Assembly (NCBI GenBank): GCA_963746265.1
Contig: CAVVAM010000014.1
Coordinates: 592,114 to 656,113 of the forward strand
Source: an uncultured Acidimicrobiaceae bacterium
GTDB taxonomy: Bacteria > Actinomycetota > Acidimicrobiia > Acidimicrobiales > Ilumatobacteraceae
DNA length: 64,000 nt
Reading direction: 5' to 3'
A model generated the notes under the pieces. It saw only the letters and a program-made list of their open reading frames with translations. It was not told the origin of the DNA and made no database searches. This document shows positions 27,874 to 39,847 of this stretch, one piece after another (within the stretch, counting starts at the first letter, position 1; every line of letters starts with the position of its first letter). A program made the position numbers and the translations under genes.

Positions 27874-27915
27874 CGCCACGTGCGCCGGTCAGGCCACCGC
27901 CGACATCGGCGCCGG

Positions 27916-29106
27916 TCAGGCGAAGAGTCCGGCGATCCGACGGATTCCCTCGACGAGGTCGTCATCGCCGAGCGCGAAGCTGAACCGAGCGTAGCCGGGG
28001 GCGCCGAACGCCTCACCCGGCACGAACGCGACCTTCGCCTGCTCGAGCACGAGGTCGGCCAGCTCCAGCGTGCTCGATGCCGACTGTCCGCCGACCTCGC
28101 GACCGAGCAGCCCCGACACGTTCGGGAAGCAGTAGAACGCACCCTGGGGTTCGAGGCAGGCGACGCCGTCGATGTCGTTGAGCATGCGGTGCATCGTCGC
28201 ACCTCGGCGGGCGAACGCGTCTCGCATCATCTCGACATCGTCGAGCGGACCCGACACCGCCGCGATCGCCGCTCTCTGCGCCACGTTGCAGACGTTGGAG
28301 GTGGCATGGCTCTGGAAGTTCGACGAGGCCTTGATCACGTCGTTCGGGCCGATCATCCAGCCGACACGCCAGCCGGTCATCGCGTACGTCTTGGCGACAC
28401 CGTTGACGACGAGACACTGCTCGGCCAAGTCGGGCACGAGCGTGGGCATCGATGCGAACTCGTGGCTGCCGTAGACGAGGTGCTCGTAGATCTCGTCGGT
28501 GATCACCCAGATGCCGTGCTCGACGGCCCACTCCCCGATCGCTCGCACCTCGGCCGGCGAGTACACCGCTCCCGACGGGTTGTCGGGGCTGACGAACAGC
28601 AGCACCTTGGTACGCTCGGTGCGAGCCCCGTCGAGCTGACCGATCGTGACCTTGAAGTCCGTCTCGTCGGCGGTGTCCACCACGATCGGGACTCCTCCGG
28701 CGAGCGTGATGGCCTCCGGATAGGTGGTCCAGTACGGGGCGGGAACGATGACTTCGTCACCGGGATCGCAGAGCGCTGCGAACGCCGTGTACACCGCGTG
28801 CTTACCTCCATTCGTCACGAGCACCTGACTCGCATCGACCTGATATCCCGAATCGCGAAGCGTCTTCGCGGCGATCGCCTCCTTCAGTTCGGGCAGACCT
28901 CCCGCCGGCGAATACCGGTGGTTCTTCGGGTCACGGCAGGCCTCGACGGCCGCGTCGACGATGTGGGCCGGCGTGGGGAAGTCGGGCTCGCCGGCTCCGA
29001 ACCCGATGACGTTCTCACCTGAGGCCTTGAGAGCCTTCGCTTTGGAGTCGACGGCGAGCGTGGCGGACGGGGCGATGGCGGCGAGTCGTTCGGAGGTGCG
29101 CTTCAC
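27916..29106 (-). CDS. aspC: Class I/II PLP aminotransferase (aspartate aminotransferase)
   Basis: [25 protein letters not shown] and [14 protein letters not shown]. Confidence 0.9.
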   Translation of the reverse strand: MKRTSERLAAIAPSATLAVDSKAKALKASGENVIGFGAGEPDFPTPAHIVDAAVEACRDPKNHRYSPAGGLPELKEAIAAKTLRDSGYQVDASQVLVTNGGKHAVYTAFAALCDPGDEVIVPAPYWTTYPEAITLAGGVPIVVDTADETDFKVTIGQLDGARTERTKVLLFVSPDNPSGAVYSPAEVRAIGEWAVEHGIWVITDEIYEHLVYGSHEFASMPTLVPDLAEQCLVVNGVAKTYAMTGWRVGWMIGPNDVIKASSNFQSHATSNVCNVAQRAAIAAVSGPLDDVEMMRDAFARRGATMHRMLNDIDGVACLEPQGAFYCFPNVSGLLGREVGGQSASSTLELADLVLEQAKVAFVPGEAFGAPGYARFSFALGDDDLVEGIRRIAGLFA

Positions 29107-29234
29107 GGGGTCACATCGTGTCAGATCCCTCGACGCTTTCCGCGCCCGTAGACGAACTGTCCGCCCCGGCCCGCAGCGAGTGCGGGTCGGGGCGGACGGT
29201 CGGGGGCGCCGTCGAGCGGCGGGCCGAGGCTGCG

Positions 29235-29900
29235 TCAGTCGATGCGCTCGATCGTGATACGGGCCACCGGACCCTCCCAGCCGTGCACCGAAGGGTCGAG
29301 GTCGGCGCCGCCCTGCACGCCCGGGTGCGGGACGATGACGCCACCTTCGGGATCCCGCACGAACGCATTGCCGCCGACCGGGCCCGGGATGTGGGAGGCG
29401 CTCTCGTTGTTCGCCTCCGTCCCGGCGTCATAGGCACCGACCTCGTACACATTCGTGCCGTTGCGGAGCCTGACGGCGTCGAGACCGGTGAAGGCGTCGT
29501 TCGTGTTCACGAGCATGCTGACGAGACTGACGCGGTCACCGCGACGGGCGTCGAACTCGAACTCGATCGTTCCGCCGGGGCCCGCCGGAGCGGCACCGCC
29601 GACGAACGCCTGCCGGACGCCGTGGACCTGCGAGTACGTCTCGGCGAAGACCCCACCATTGGCGTCCTCGGCGATCGCGGCGACGGCGTTGGTCGCAGGT
29701 GCGCCGGTGCTCCAGACGTCGGTCCAGCGGCTGTGGACCGCCACACCGGCGGGCGAGAGCGGCTGGAATCCGCTCGAGATGTTCTCGATGGTGACGCGGT
29801 AGGTGGCTGTGCGGCCTCCGAAGTCGGCGTCGGCGACAGTCGGCGCTGCGGCCAGACCTCCGGCGACGGCGACGGCGGCGATCATTCGGCGGATCTTCAT
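29235..29900 (-). CDS. Secreted spondin-domain protein
   Basis: RBS AAGGAG, signal peptide, [29 protein letters not shown] and [10 protein letters not shown]. Confidence 0.85.
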   Translation of the reverse strand: MKIRRMIAAVAVAGGLAAAPTVADADFGGRTATYRVTIENISSGFQPLSPAGVAVHSRWTDVWSTGAPATNAVAAIAEDANGGVFAETYSQVHGVRQAFVGGAAPAGPGGTIEFEFDARRGDRVSLVSMLVNTNDAFTGLDAVRLRNGTNVYEVGAYDAGTEANNESASHIPGPVGGNAFVRDPEGGVIVPHPGVQGGADLDPSVHGWEGPVARITIERID

Positions 29901-30061
29901 GTTGGTGCTCCTTGTTGACGATGTTCGGGGACCTCCACAACTCAACGCGGTCGCCGCGAAACGAACAAGGCGACCGAGCGAAACAGATCGGGCCAACCAC
30001 GAAACGAAACGTGAACGCCATCGGGTCGGAACCGCGACCGACCGCTGCCATGCTGGCCGGT

Positions 30062-31201
30062 GTGGATGCCACTGCAATTCGTCTCGCCGATTCCATCCTG
30101 CCGTCGGACGGCCGATTCGGCTGCGGTCCGTCGAAGGTGCGGCGCGAGCAGATCGATGCGATCGTCGCCGCCGCGACGACGACGATGGGCACGTCGCACC
30201 GCAAGCCACAGGTGAAGGACCTCGTCGGCTCGATCCGGTCGGGTCTGACCGAGCTCTTCGGGTTGCCCGACGGATGGGAGATCGTGCTCGGCAACGGTGG
30301 CACGACGGTCTTCTGGGACGCGGCGTCGTTCGGTCTGATCGAGCGGCGGAGCCAGCATCTGGTCTTCGGCGAGTTCTCGTCGAAGTTCGCGGACGCGTGC
30401 GCGGCGGCGCCTCACCTCGACGCGCCTTGTGTGGTGAGCAGCGAACCGGGCGATCATCCCGAACCGGTCGCCCAGGAGGGCCACGACCTGTACGCGCTGA
30501 CCCACAACGAGACGTCGACCGGCGTAGCGATGCACCTGCGGCGTCCCGACGGAGCGGACGAGGGCGCGCTCGTCGCGGTCGACGCGACGAGCGGTGCCGG
30601 TGGGCTCCGCTGGGACATCAGCGAGGTCGACGTCTACTACTTCGCACCGCAGAAGTGCTTCGCCGCCGACGGCGGACTGTGGCTGGCGGCCTGCTCGCCG
30701 GCGGCGGTCGAGCGGATCGAGCGGATCGCCGCCTCCGCTCGCTGGCGGCCGGCCTCACTCGACCTCGGGATCGCGCTCACCAACAGCCGTTCGAACCAGA
30801 CGTACAACACACCCGCCATCGCCACACTCTTGATGCTCGACGCGCAGTTGAGCTGGATGCTCGACAACGGCGGACTCGAGTGGTGCGCGAGCCGGAGCGA
30901 CGAGTCGGCTCGGATCATGTACCGCTGGGCCGAGTCACGGGACTGGGCGAAGCCGTTCGTCACCGACGCCGCCAAACGGTCCTCGGTGGTCGCGACGATC
31001 GACCTCGACGACTCGATCGACGCGACGGCGGTGAGTTCGGTCCTGCGGGCCAACGGCGTGTTCGACACCGACAGCTATCGCAAACTCGGCCGCAACCAGC
31101 TGCGGGTGGGGATGTTCCCGGCGATCGAACCGTCTGACGTGGAGGCGCTCACGGTCTGCATCGACGAAGTGGTCGGTGTCATGGCCGACCTCCCGGCCTG
31201 A
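30062..31201 (+). CDS. serC: Phosphoserine aminotransferase (actinobacterial type)
   Basis: DGRFGCGPSKVR, THNETSTGV, DATSGAGG, YFAPQKCFA, QTYNTP and YRKLGRNQLR. Confidence 0.93.
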   Translation: MDATAIRLADSILPSDGRFGCGPSKVRREQIDAIVAAATTTMGTSHRKPQVKDLVGSIRSGLTELFGLPDGWEIVLGNGGTTVFWDAASFGLIERRSQHLVFGEFSSKFADACAAAPHLDAPCVVSSEPGDHPEPVAQEGHDLYALTHNETSTGVAMHLRRPDGADEGALVAVDATSGAGGLRWDISEVDVYYFAPQKCFAADGGLWLAACSPAAVERIERIAASARWRPASLDLGIALTNSRSNQTYNTPAIATLLMLDAQLSWMLDNGGLEWCASRSDESARIMYRWAESRDWAKPFVTDAAKRSSVVATIDLDDSIDATAVSSVLRANGVFDTDSYRKLGRNQLRVGMFPAIEPSDVEALTVCIDEVVGVMADLPA

Positions 31202-31212
31202 CACACTCGTTC

Positions 31213-32094
31213 GTGATGCACGTCGCCGACGTCCTGCAACTCGAGATCGAAGATCTCGGGCCGCTTCGATCTCCTGTCATGCTGGTCGCCCTCACCGGGC
31301 TGTTCGACATCAGCGGGGCAGCCACGACCGCCCTCGACCGGTTCGCGCCGGCCGACACCGCGATCACGATCGGCGCGATCGACCCCGATCCGTTCTACGA
31401 CTTCACACAGGAGCGGCCGCAGGTCGAGTTCGACGAGGGCGAGCTCAGGGTCATCCGGTGGCCGGAGAACGAGTTCGACGTGGTCCGAGGTCTGGGCGAT
31501 CGCGATCTCGTCGTACTGGTCGGCGTCGAGCCGCACCTGGCGTGGCCCACCTACTCGGCGTGCATCGTCCACGTGGCGCAGCGTCTCGGCTGTGAAGCGG
31601 TCGTGACGGTCGGTTCCGCGGCCGAGGCCATTCCGCACACCCGCACGCCGCAGGTCACGGGCAGCACGACCGACGCCGATCTTGCGCGTCGCCTCGGGAT
31701 CGGTCAGCCGTCGTACCAGGGAGTCACCGGTGTCGTCGGCGTGATCCAGACCGACCTGGCCGCAGCCGACATCCCGTCGGTGTCTCTCCGGGTCGGCATC
31801 CCGCACTACCTCATGAACGCCGAGCACCCGCAGGCGGTCGCAGCGCTCCAGACGCACCTGGCCCACGTCCTCAACGTCGACCCGCCGGAGCCCGACGGCG
31901 AATTCGCCGACGAGGTCAGGAAGTGGCGCAGCCTTCACGACGAGGTCGCCGATGGCGACGTGCAACTCCAGATGTACGTGAAGATGCTCGAGCACGACTT
32001 CGATCAGCGGGCCGAAGCTGCGATCCCGTCGGCCGACGACCTCGGCGCGCAGTTCGAGGACTTCCTGCGCGAGCAGCGCGGCGACGACGACTGA
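31213..32094 (+). CDS. PAC2 family (proteasome assembly chaperone-like) protein
   Basis: DPDPFYDFTQERPQV, GVEPHLAW, YQGVTGVVG and VGIPHY. Confidence 0.88.
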   Translation: MMHVADVLQLEIEDLGPLRSPVMLVALTGLFDISGAATTALDRFAPADTAITIGAIDPDPFYDFTQERPQVEFDEGELRVIRWPENEFDVVRGLGDRDLVVLVGVEPHLAWPTYSACIVHVAQRLGCEAVVTVGSAAEAIPHTRTPQVTGSTTDADLARRLGIGQPSYQGVTGVVGVIQTDLAAADIPSVSLRVGIPHYLMNAEHPQAVAALQTHLAHVLNVDPPEPDGEFADEVRKWRSLHDEVADGDVQLQMYVKMLEHDFDQRAEAAIPSADDLGAQFEDFLREQRGDDD

Positions 32095-32139
32095 CGCCGC
32101 TCACTTCGAGCCGAAGGCCGAACCCGTGCGAAGCACCGG

Positions 32140-33447
<1,308 letters not shown>

Positions 33448-33553
33448 GGGCCCCGACCCTACCTCGAAACCCGACTCCACAAGTCAAGTTTCAAGCCGGT
33501 GGGTGACGGACGGCACGGACCGACGAAACCGTCGGAGGCCGATGAACGATGCG

Positions 33554-34540
33554 TCAGATCAGGCCGAGTTCACGAACGGCATCGGCTTCGGTCACCAGCT
33601 CTGCGGCGGTGACGTCGATCCTGTCGCGGCTGAACTCGTCGATGTCGAGTCCCTGCACGATCTCGTACCGGCCATCACGGCACACACACGGGAAGCTGGA
33701 GATGATGCCCTCGGGCACGCCGTAGCTGCCATCGGACGGGACGCCCATCGACACCCAGTCGCCGTCTGCGGTGCCGAGCGCCCACGACCGGATGTGATCG
33801 ACCGCGGCGTTCGCGGCCGAGGCCGCCGACGACGCTCCGCGCGCCTTGATGATCGCTCCGCCGCGTGTGGCCACGGTGGGGATGTACTCGTTGACGTACC
33901 AGTCGTGATCGCCGACCGCCTCGTACGCGGACGCTCCGTTCACCTCGCAGTGGAACAGGTCGGGGTACTGGGTGTTCGAGTGGTTGCCCCAGATCGTCAT
34001 CTTGCGGATGTCGTTCACGCTGACGTCGAGCTTGGTCGCGAGTTGACTCATCGCACGGTTGTGATCGAGCCGGGTCATCGCCGTGAATCGAGCGGGGTCG
34101 AGATCCACTGCGTTGTTCATGGCGATGAGGGCGTTGGTGTTCGCAGGGTTGCCGACCACGAGCACCTTGACGTCGCGCCTGGCCGAACGCGACAGCGCCT
34201 CGCCCTGCGGCTTGAAGATGCCCCCGTTCGCGGCGAGCAGGTCGGAACGATCCATGCCGTCCTTGCGCGGCATCGCGCCCACGAGGAGCGCGATATCCGC
34301 GTCGCCGAACGCCACATCGGCCACGTCGGTGCACACGACCTCGGTCAGCAACGGGAACGCAGAGTCGTCGAGCTCCATCCTCACGCCCTCGAGCGCCCCC
34401 ATCGCCGGCGTGATCTCCAGGAGCTGGAGTGCGATCGGCGTGTCGGGGCCGAGCATCGAACCCGAAGCGATACGGAACAGAAGCGAATACCCGATCTGAC
34501 CGGCCGCGCCGGTGACCGCTACACGAACTGGAGATGTCAT
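33554..34540 (-). CDS. mdh: Malate dehydrogenase (MDH2 type)
   Basis: [34 protein letters not shown] and [10 protein letters not shown]. Confidence 0.96.
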   Translation of the reverse strand: MTSPVRVAVTGAAGQIGYSLLFRIASGSMLGPDTPIALQLLEITPAMGALEGVRMELDDSAFPLLTEVVCTDVADVAFGDADIALLVGAMPRKDGMDRSDLLAANGGIFKPQGEALSRSARRDVKVLVVGNPANTNALIAMNNAVDLDPARFTAMTRLDHNRAMSQLATKLDVSVNDIRKMTIWGNHSNTQYPDLFHCEVNGASAYEAVGDHDWYVNEYIPTVATRGGAIIKARGASSAASAANAAVDHIRSWALGTADGDWVSMGVPSDGSYGVPEGIISSFPCVCRDGRYEIVQGLDIDEFSRDRIDVTAAELVTEADAVRELGLI

Positions 34541-34603
34541 GTCGTCAAGCGTACGCGCCGCAGGTCGACCCACCCAAGTGACACGCTGGGCCGCAGAACG
34601 CGA

Positions 34604-36601
34604 TCAACGCCCGGTGACGTCACCGATCACATCGGCGTAGAACCGCTGACCGTCACTCGACAGATGGATGCCGTCGGCCGAGAAGCAGTTGCCGGTACAT
34701 CCCTGCGACAGACCCTGCCAGTCGATGAGGATGATGTTGTCGCCGGGTCGGTCGCGCGCTTGCAGCAGGGCGTTGTTGGACGCCGTCCACGGGCGGTTCG
34801 CCCGAATGTTCAGCATGATCACGTTCGGCACGCTGCTGAGCGGCGCCAGGAACGCATCGAGTGTTTCCTTGGTGAACGGCCCGTTCGTGCCGAGATGGAT
34901 GATGACCGGATCGCCGAACAATTCGGCTTCGGCCAGCTGCTCCATCACCGGCACGACGTCGATCATCTGCCGACTCACCTCGGCATTGACGGTGTAGCCG
35001 CGGTCGCTGAGGACGCCGGCGGCTCCGAGCATGACCGAGTCGCCGATGGCCAGGTAGTCGACGGGTTCGAGCGGGAGCGTGGTGGTGGTCGTCGTGGTGG
35101 TCGTGGTGGTCGTCGTCGAATCCGCGGCGGGAACGCTGTCGGTCGGCCCGGGTACGGTCGTGGCCGACGGCGTCGGCACCGCGGGCGAGGCGCCCTCGTC
35201 ACCGCCAGTGCCGAGGAGCTCGTCGAGCGACGTGACGTTCTCGGCTCCTTCGCCGAGCGCCTGGGCGATCTCGTTCTCCTCGACCTCGGCGAGCCCGAGC
35301 CTGAGCACGCCGAACGCCAGCAACAACAGCGTCACGACGACCGTGGCCGCAGCGATCTGGCGCGGCACCGGGTCGCGGCGAACTCGCAGGCTTTCCCACC
35401 ACGCAGCAACCTGCCGACGGCGGATCGGCATCTCGATGTAGCGGTACGACAGTTCGGTGACGATCATCGTCAGGATCAACGCGATCACGAACTGCCGGAA
35501 CGAGAGCACGTTGCCGGCGACCTCACGCATGATCTGGTAGATCGGCCACGAGTACAAGTAGAGGCCGTACGATCGGGTTCCGACCCACAGGAACACCGGG
35601 TTGCCGAGTGCCCTCCTGGTCAGCGTCCGGCTGTGGGTGACGGCAGCGATCACCATCAGCGTGGCGAGCGCCGTCCACAGGAAGCCGCCGCGGAACAGCC
35701 ACGGATCGGCGCCCGCGGGCGTGACGAAGTGGATCGACCAGACGAACAAACCCAAGAACGCCAGTCCGGCCAGGGCGACCAGATCGAGCAGTCGGCCGGC
35801 GTTCCGAAGCGGGCCGCGCATGATGGCCATCGGTCGCCAGACCATGGCGAAGGCGGCACCGAGGAGCAGACCGCTCGAGCGCGTGACGGTCGACAGGTAG
35901 AGCGTGTCGGCCTTCGAGATGCATCGATCGCCGATGGTCCAGTACGCCCCTGGGTTGACCGAGCAGTCGCCGATCCGGCCGGGGTGGTACACCAGCGCTG
36001 TCAGCACGGTGACCGAGAGTGCGGCGACCACCAGCCACCGTGCGGTGAGGGCCAGGTTGCGCGTACCGTTCCGCCGCAGCAGGAACAGCATCACGACGGG
36101 CCAGAGCAGATAGAACTGCTCCTCCACCGCGAGGCTCCAGAGATGGCGCAGCGGTGCGAAGTCGCCCGAGGCGCTGTACCCCTGTCCAACCCAGATCTGG
36201 TACCAGTTGGACACGTAGAACAGGGCCGCGATCACGTCGCCGCGGAGCTTGCCGAGCTCCTCGGCCCGGAACATCCAGGTGTACGTGATCAGCAGGAACA
36301 GCATCAGGAACAGCGCAGGCAGGAGCCGCCTGGCTCGTCGCATCCAGAACGCGCCGATCTTCACGGTGCCCGTGCGTTCACGTTCGGCCATCAGCAGCAG
36401 GGTGATCAGGTAGCCGCTGATCACGAAGAACACCTCGACGCCGAGGAACCCGCCCGGCAGCCACGTCGGGTTCGCGTGGTAGACGAGCACGGCGGCCACG
36501 GCGAGCGCGCGCATGCCGTCGAGCCCGGGCAGGTACGGGACCTTGCTCAGGTTCGGTGCTGCGCGTCTGGGGCGCGCCGGTGCCACGGTGGCATCTGCCA
36601 T
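34604..36601 (-). CDS. Acyltransferase-3 + SGNH fusion (OatA-like O-acetyltransferase)
   Basis: PGLDGMRALAV, GFLGVEVFFVISGYLIT, HLWSLAVEEQFY, Thr-rich linker, IGDSVM and DGIH. Confidence 0.9.
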   Translation of the reverse strand: MADATVAPARPRRAAPNLSKVPYLPGLDGMRALAVAAVLVYHANPTWLPGGFLGVEVFFVISGYLITLLLMAERERTGTVKIGAFWMRRARRLLPALFLMLFLLITYTWMFRAEELGKLRGDVIAALFYVSNWYQIWVGQGYSASGDFAPLRHLWSLAVEEQFYLLWPVVMLFLLRRNGTRNLALTARWLVVAALSVTVLTALVYHPGRIGDCSVNPGAYWTIGDRCISKADTLYLSTVTRSSGLLLGAAFAMVWRPMAIMRGPLRNAGRLLDLVALAGLAFLGLFVWSIHFVTPAGADPWLFRGGFLWTALATLMVIAAVTHSRTLTRRALGNPVFLWVGTRSYGLYLYSWPIYQIMREVAGNVLSFRQFVIALILTMIVTELSYRYIEMPIRRRQVAAWWESLRVRRDPVPRQIAAATVVVTLLLLAFGVLRLGLAEVEENEIAQALGEGAENVTSLDELLGTGGDEGASPAVPTPSATTVPGPTDSVPAADSTTTTTTTTTTTTTLPLEPVDYLAIGDSVMLGAAGVLSDRGYTVNAEVSRQMIDVVPVMEQLAEAELFGDPVIIHLGTNGPFTKETLDAFLAPLSSVPNVIMLNIRANRPWTASNNALLQARDRPGDNIILIDWQGLSQGCTGNCFSADGIHLSSDGQRFYADVIGDVTGR

Positions 36602-36672
36602 TCCCCCCAGTATCGCCTCGTCGACACGCGATTCGGCGGTCATCTCTGCGCGCGGGGCCTAGCGTCGAGGTG

Positions 36673-37158
36673 ATGACCGATCCCGTTCTCGATGCCGCAG
36701 CCGCAACCGGAGAGCCGTTCGAGGTCGTGGCGTGCGACCCGGCGCTCGCCGACACCGCCGCGTTCTGTGAGACCTACGGATACGGCCTCGACCAGTCGGC
36801 GAACGCGATCGTGGTCGTCGGCAAGGGTGATCCGCGTCTGTACGTGTGCTGCCTCGTGCTCGCAACGACGCGCCTCGATGTCAACGGGGTGGTGCGCCGA
36901 CGGTTGGGTCGAAAGAAGGCCTCGTTCGCATCGGCCGACGAGACAGCGGAGATCACGGGCATGCAGATCGGCGGGGTGACGCCCTACGGCCTGCCCGACG
37001 ACCTGCCGTTGTGGATCGACAGACGGATCATGCACGTCCCACACGTGATCGTGGGCGGCGGATCGAGGGAGCGCAAGCTCCTCGTGCCGCCCACATCGCT
37101 GGCCGCCCTCCCCGGCGCCGTCATCGTCGAGGATCTCGCCAAACCACTCGAGCCGTGA
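36673..37158 (+). CDS. YbaK/EbsC/ProX aminoacyl-tRNA editing family protein
   Basis: LADTAAFC, SANAIVV, ITGMQIGGVTPYG and IVGGGSR. Confidence 0.85.
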   Translation: MTDPVLDAAAATGEPFEVVACDPALADTAAFCETYGYGLDQSANAIVVVGKGDPRLYVCCLVLATTRLDVNGVVRRRLGRKKASFASADETAEITGMQIGGVTPYGLPDDLPLWIDRRIMHVPHVIVGGGSRERKLLVPPTSLAALPGAVIVEDLAKPLEP

Positions 37159-37266
37159 GCCGGCCTCGATCCGGATCCTCGCCTCGCACGGCGCGGCGAA
37201 CCCGAGTCGTCGGACACCGGTCGGTGATTCGCAGCGCTGCGAGCGTCGGATCCGGCCGGAATCGGT

Positions 37267-38799
37267 TCAGTGGCGGAAATGGCGTTGGTGGGTGAACACC
37301 ATCACCATGCCGTGTTCGTTCGCGGCACCGATCACCTCGTCGTCACGAACGCTGCCGCCGGGTTGGATCACCGCGACGATCCCGGCGGCGGCCGCGGCGT
37401 CGAGTCCGTCGCGGAACGGGAAGAACGCGTCGCTGGCACAGACGCCGCCGACGGCTCGGCCGGCACTCCGCTCGGCGGCGATCCGGGCCGAGTCGAGTCG
37501 GTTCTGCTGGCCTGCGCCGATGCCGAACGCCTGGCGATCCTTGGCGTACACGATCGCGTTGCTGGTGACCGCGGCACACACCTGCCACGCGAACTCGAGG
37601 TCGTCCCACATCTCGGCAGTCGGCTGCATCTCGGTGGGGACGGTCCACGCGGTCCGGTCGACGGAAACGACATCGGGTTGCTGCACGATGAAGCCACCGT
37701 CGAGCGGCTTCAGATCGAAGCGCCATTCGCCCGGAGTGTCGGCCGTGACCACCCGCATGTTCTTCTTGGCGAGCAGCTGCTCGAGCGCCGCTTCCTCGTA
37801 TCCGGGGGCGACGACGACCTCGGTGAACACGGTCGAGAGTGCCTCCGCCATCGGGGCCGTGACCGGTCGATTCACCGCGACGATGCCGCCGAAGGCGCTC
37901 ACCGGGTCGCAGGCGTTGGCCTTGACATAGGCGTCGGCGACGTCGGCACCGATCGCCACGCCGCACGGGTTGGCGTGCTTGACGACGACGCACGCGGGCT
38001 CGTCGAACCGATGGACCAGGCGCCACGCCGCCTCGGTGTCGTACAGGTTCAGGTAGCTCAGCGCCTTGCCGCCGTGCTGCGTCATGGTGTCCCACCAACT
38101 GGTGGCGCCGGCGAAGCGGTAGCGGGCGCCGCGTTGGTGAGGGTTCTCGCCGTAGCGGAGCACGTCGGCGCGTTCGAGCGCCAGGTGCATCGTGGGGGGC
38201 ACTGGATCGGGTTCGGGCTCCGAGGCGTCGAACCAGCTGACGATCGCGGCGTCGTAGGCGGCCGTGTGCGCGAACGCATCGCGAGCGAGTCGGCGGCGGG
38301 TGACATGGGTGATCGCGCCGTGCTCTCTGATCTCTGCCAGCACGACGGCGTAGTCGCTCGGATCGACGACCACCGCGACGTGTTGGTGATTCTTCGCGGA
38401 TGCCCGAACCATCGCAGGCCCACCGATATCGATCATCTCGACGGGTGCTCCGGATCCGTGTTCGAAGTCGCCATCACCGCCGAACGGGTAGAGGTTGGCG
38501 ACGACGAGCGAGATCGGCGTGATGCCGTACTCGTCCATATCGGCGCGGTGCTGGGGGTTCTCCGGATCGGCGAGGAGGCCGCCGTGGATCTTCGGATGCA
38601 GCGTGACGACCCGATGATCGAGAATGGCCGGCACTCCGGTGAGTGCGGCCACGTCGGTGACCGGTACGCCTTCGGCAGCCACGGCTCGAGCGGTACCACC
38701 GCTCGACACGAGGTCCCACCCCAGTTCATGGAGCGACGCCGCGAGGTCGGCGATCCCGGTCTTGTCGTACACGGAGAGCAGCGCGGTCGGCACGCCCAA
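37267..38799 (-). CDS. purH: Bifunctional AICAR formyltransferase / IMP cyclohydrolase
   Basis: SVYDKTG, SSGGTA, IDIGGPAMVRASAKNH, LRYGENPHQ, VKHANPCG and SDAFFPF. Confidence 0.96.
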   Translation of the reverse strand: MGVPTALLSVYDKTGIADLAASLHELGWDLVSSGGTARAVAAEGVPVTDVAALTGVPAILDHRVVTLHPKIHGGLLADPENPQHRADMDEYGITPISLVVANLYPFGGDGDFEHGSGAPVEMIDIGGPAMVRASAKNHQHVAVVVDPSDYAVVLAEIREHGAITHVTRRRLARDAFAHTAAYDAAIVSWFDASEPEPDPVPPTMHLALERADVLRYGENPHQRGARYRFAGATSWWDTMTQHGGKALSYLNLYDTEAAWRLVHRFDEPACVVVKHANPCGVAIGADVADAYVKANACDPVSAFGGIVAVNRPVTAPMAEALSTVFTEVVVAPGYEEAALEQLLAKKNMRVVTADTPGEWRFDLKPLDGGFIVQQPDVVSVDRTAWTVPTEMQPTAEMWDDLEFAWQVCAAVTSNAIVYAKDRQAFGIGAGQQNRLDSARIAAERSAGRAVGGVCASDAFFPFRDGLDAAAAAGIVAVIQPGGSVRDDEVIGAANEHGMVMVFTHQRHFRH

Positions 38800-38868
38800 C
38801 GACCGTAGTCAGACGACCGGGGGCTTCTCTCACGACCGAACGAAATGTCAGCGTGACGAGATGTCAGC

Positions 38869-38902
38869 GTGCCGCTGCCGACGCCGGCTGCCGGAGCGGC
38901 AC
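38869..38902 (-). terminator. Hairpin downstream of sucD
   Basis: GTGCCGCT...AGCGGCAC 8-bp GC stem 20 nt after the sucD stop; no clear U-tract. Confidence 0.5.
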
Positions 38903-38922
38903 GGTCACGTGGCTCGGCAGGC

Positions 38923-39819
38923 TCAGAGGCCGGCGACGATCTCGGCCATCAACTCGCCGGCTTCGGTCGGGTTGAGCCCCACCTGCACGCCGGCTGTTCC
39001 GAGTGCGTCCATCTTTCCCTGCGCGGTGCCCTTGCCGCCCGACACGATGGCTCCCGCGTGGCCCATCTTCTTGCCCGCCGGTGCGGTCACACCTGCGATG
39101 TACGCCGACATCGGCTTCGACACGTCGGTCATGATGAAGTCGGCCGCCTCCTCCTCGGCCGAACCACCGATCTCACCGATCATCATGATCGCATGCGTCT
39201 CCGGATCGGACTCGAACTCGCGGAGGCAGTCGATGAAGTTGGTGCCCGGCACCGGGTCGCCACCGATGCCCACACAGGTGGACACACCGATGCCCTTCTG
39301 CTTGAGTTCGTACAGCGCCTGATAGGTCAGCGTTCCGGAACGGCTCACGATGCCGACGTTCGGACGGTCGGCCGATGGGACTTCTGCGATCTCACCCGCG
39401 GTGATGCCGATGTTGCACTTCCCCGGACTGATGATGCCCGGGCAGTTCGGACCGAGCAGCCGGGTGTCGGGGAAGTCGCGGACGAGGCGGTTGTAGACCT
39501 TCGCTTCGTCCTGTGCCGGGATGCCCTCGGTGATGCACACGACGAACCCGATGCCGGCTTCGGCGGCTTCGAGTATCGCCCCCGGCGCGAACTTCGGCGG
39601 CACCGCCACGAACGATGCGTTGGCGCCGGTCGCGCCGATCGCCTCGGCGACCGAGTCGAAGACCGGGATGCCGTCGACGTCCTGACCGCCCTTGCCCGGC
39701 GTGACCCCGCCGACGACCTGGGTGCCGTAGTCGCGGTTGCGGAGGCCGTGGTACTTGCCCTGACCGCCGGTCAGGCCCTGGACGATGACCTTGGTGTTCT
39801 CGTTGACGAAGATTGCCAT
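38923..39819 (-). CDS. sucD: Succinyl-CoA ligase alpha subunit
   Basis: IVQGLTG, GGVTPGKGG, LLGPNCPGII, SRSGTLTY and MGHAGA. Confidence 0.97.
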   Translation of the reverse strand: MAIFVNENTKVIVQGLTGGQGKYHGLRNRDYGTQVVGGVTPGKGGQDVDGIPVFDSVAEAIGATGANASFVAVPPKFAPGAILEAAEAGIGFVVCITEGIPAQDEAKVYNRLVRDFPDTRLLGPNCPGIISPGKCNIGITAGEIAEVPSADRPNVGIVSRSGTLTYQALYELKQKGIGVSTCVGIGGDPVPGTNFIDCLREFESDPETHAIMMIGEIGGSAEEEAADFIMTDVSKPMSAYIAGVTAPAGKKMGHAGAIVSGGKGTAQGKMDALGTAGVQVGLNPTEAGELMAEIVAGL

Positions 39820-39847
39820 GTCGTTGGTTCCCTCTCGACTCGATCGG

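Noticed and set aside
33448-33553. SAM riboswitch upstream of metY
   Set aside because: I could not match SAM-I or SAM-IV consensus elements. An Infernal scan would settle it.
35077-35118. GTG/GTC trinucleotide repeat
   Set aside because: It encodes the poly-Thr linker of the OatA-like protein and is ordinary low-complexity coding sequence.
38800-38868. ZTP (pfl) riboswitch upstream of purH; ATGTCAGCGTG is duplicated here
   Set aside because: The conserved ZTP elements are not recognisable. The 11-nt duplication is short and has no supportable function.
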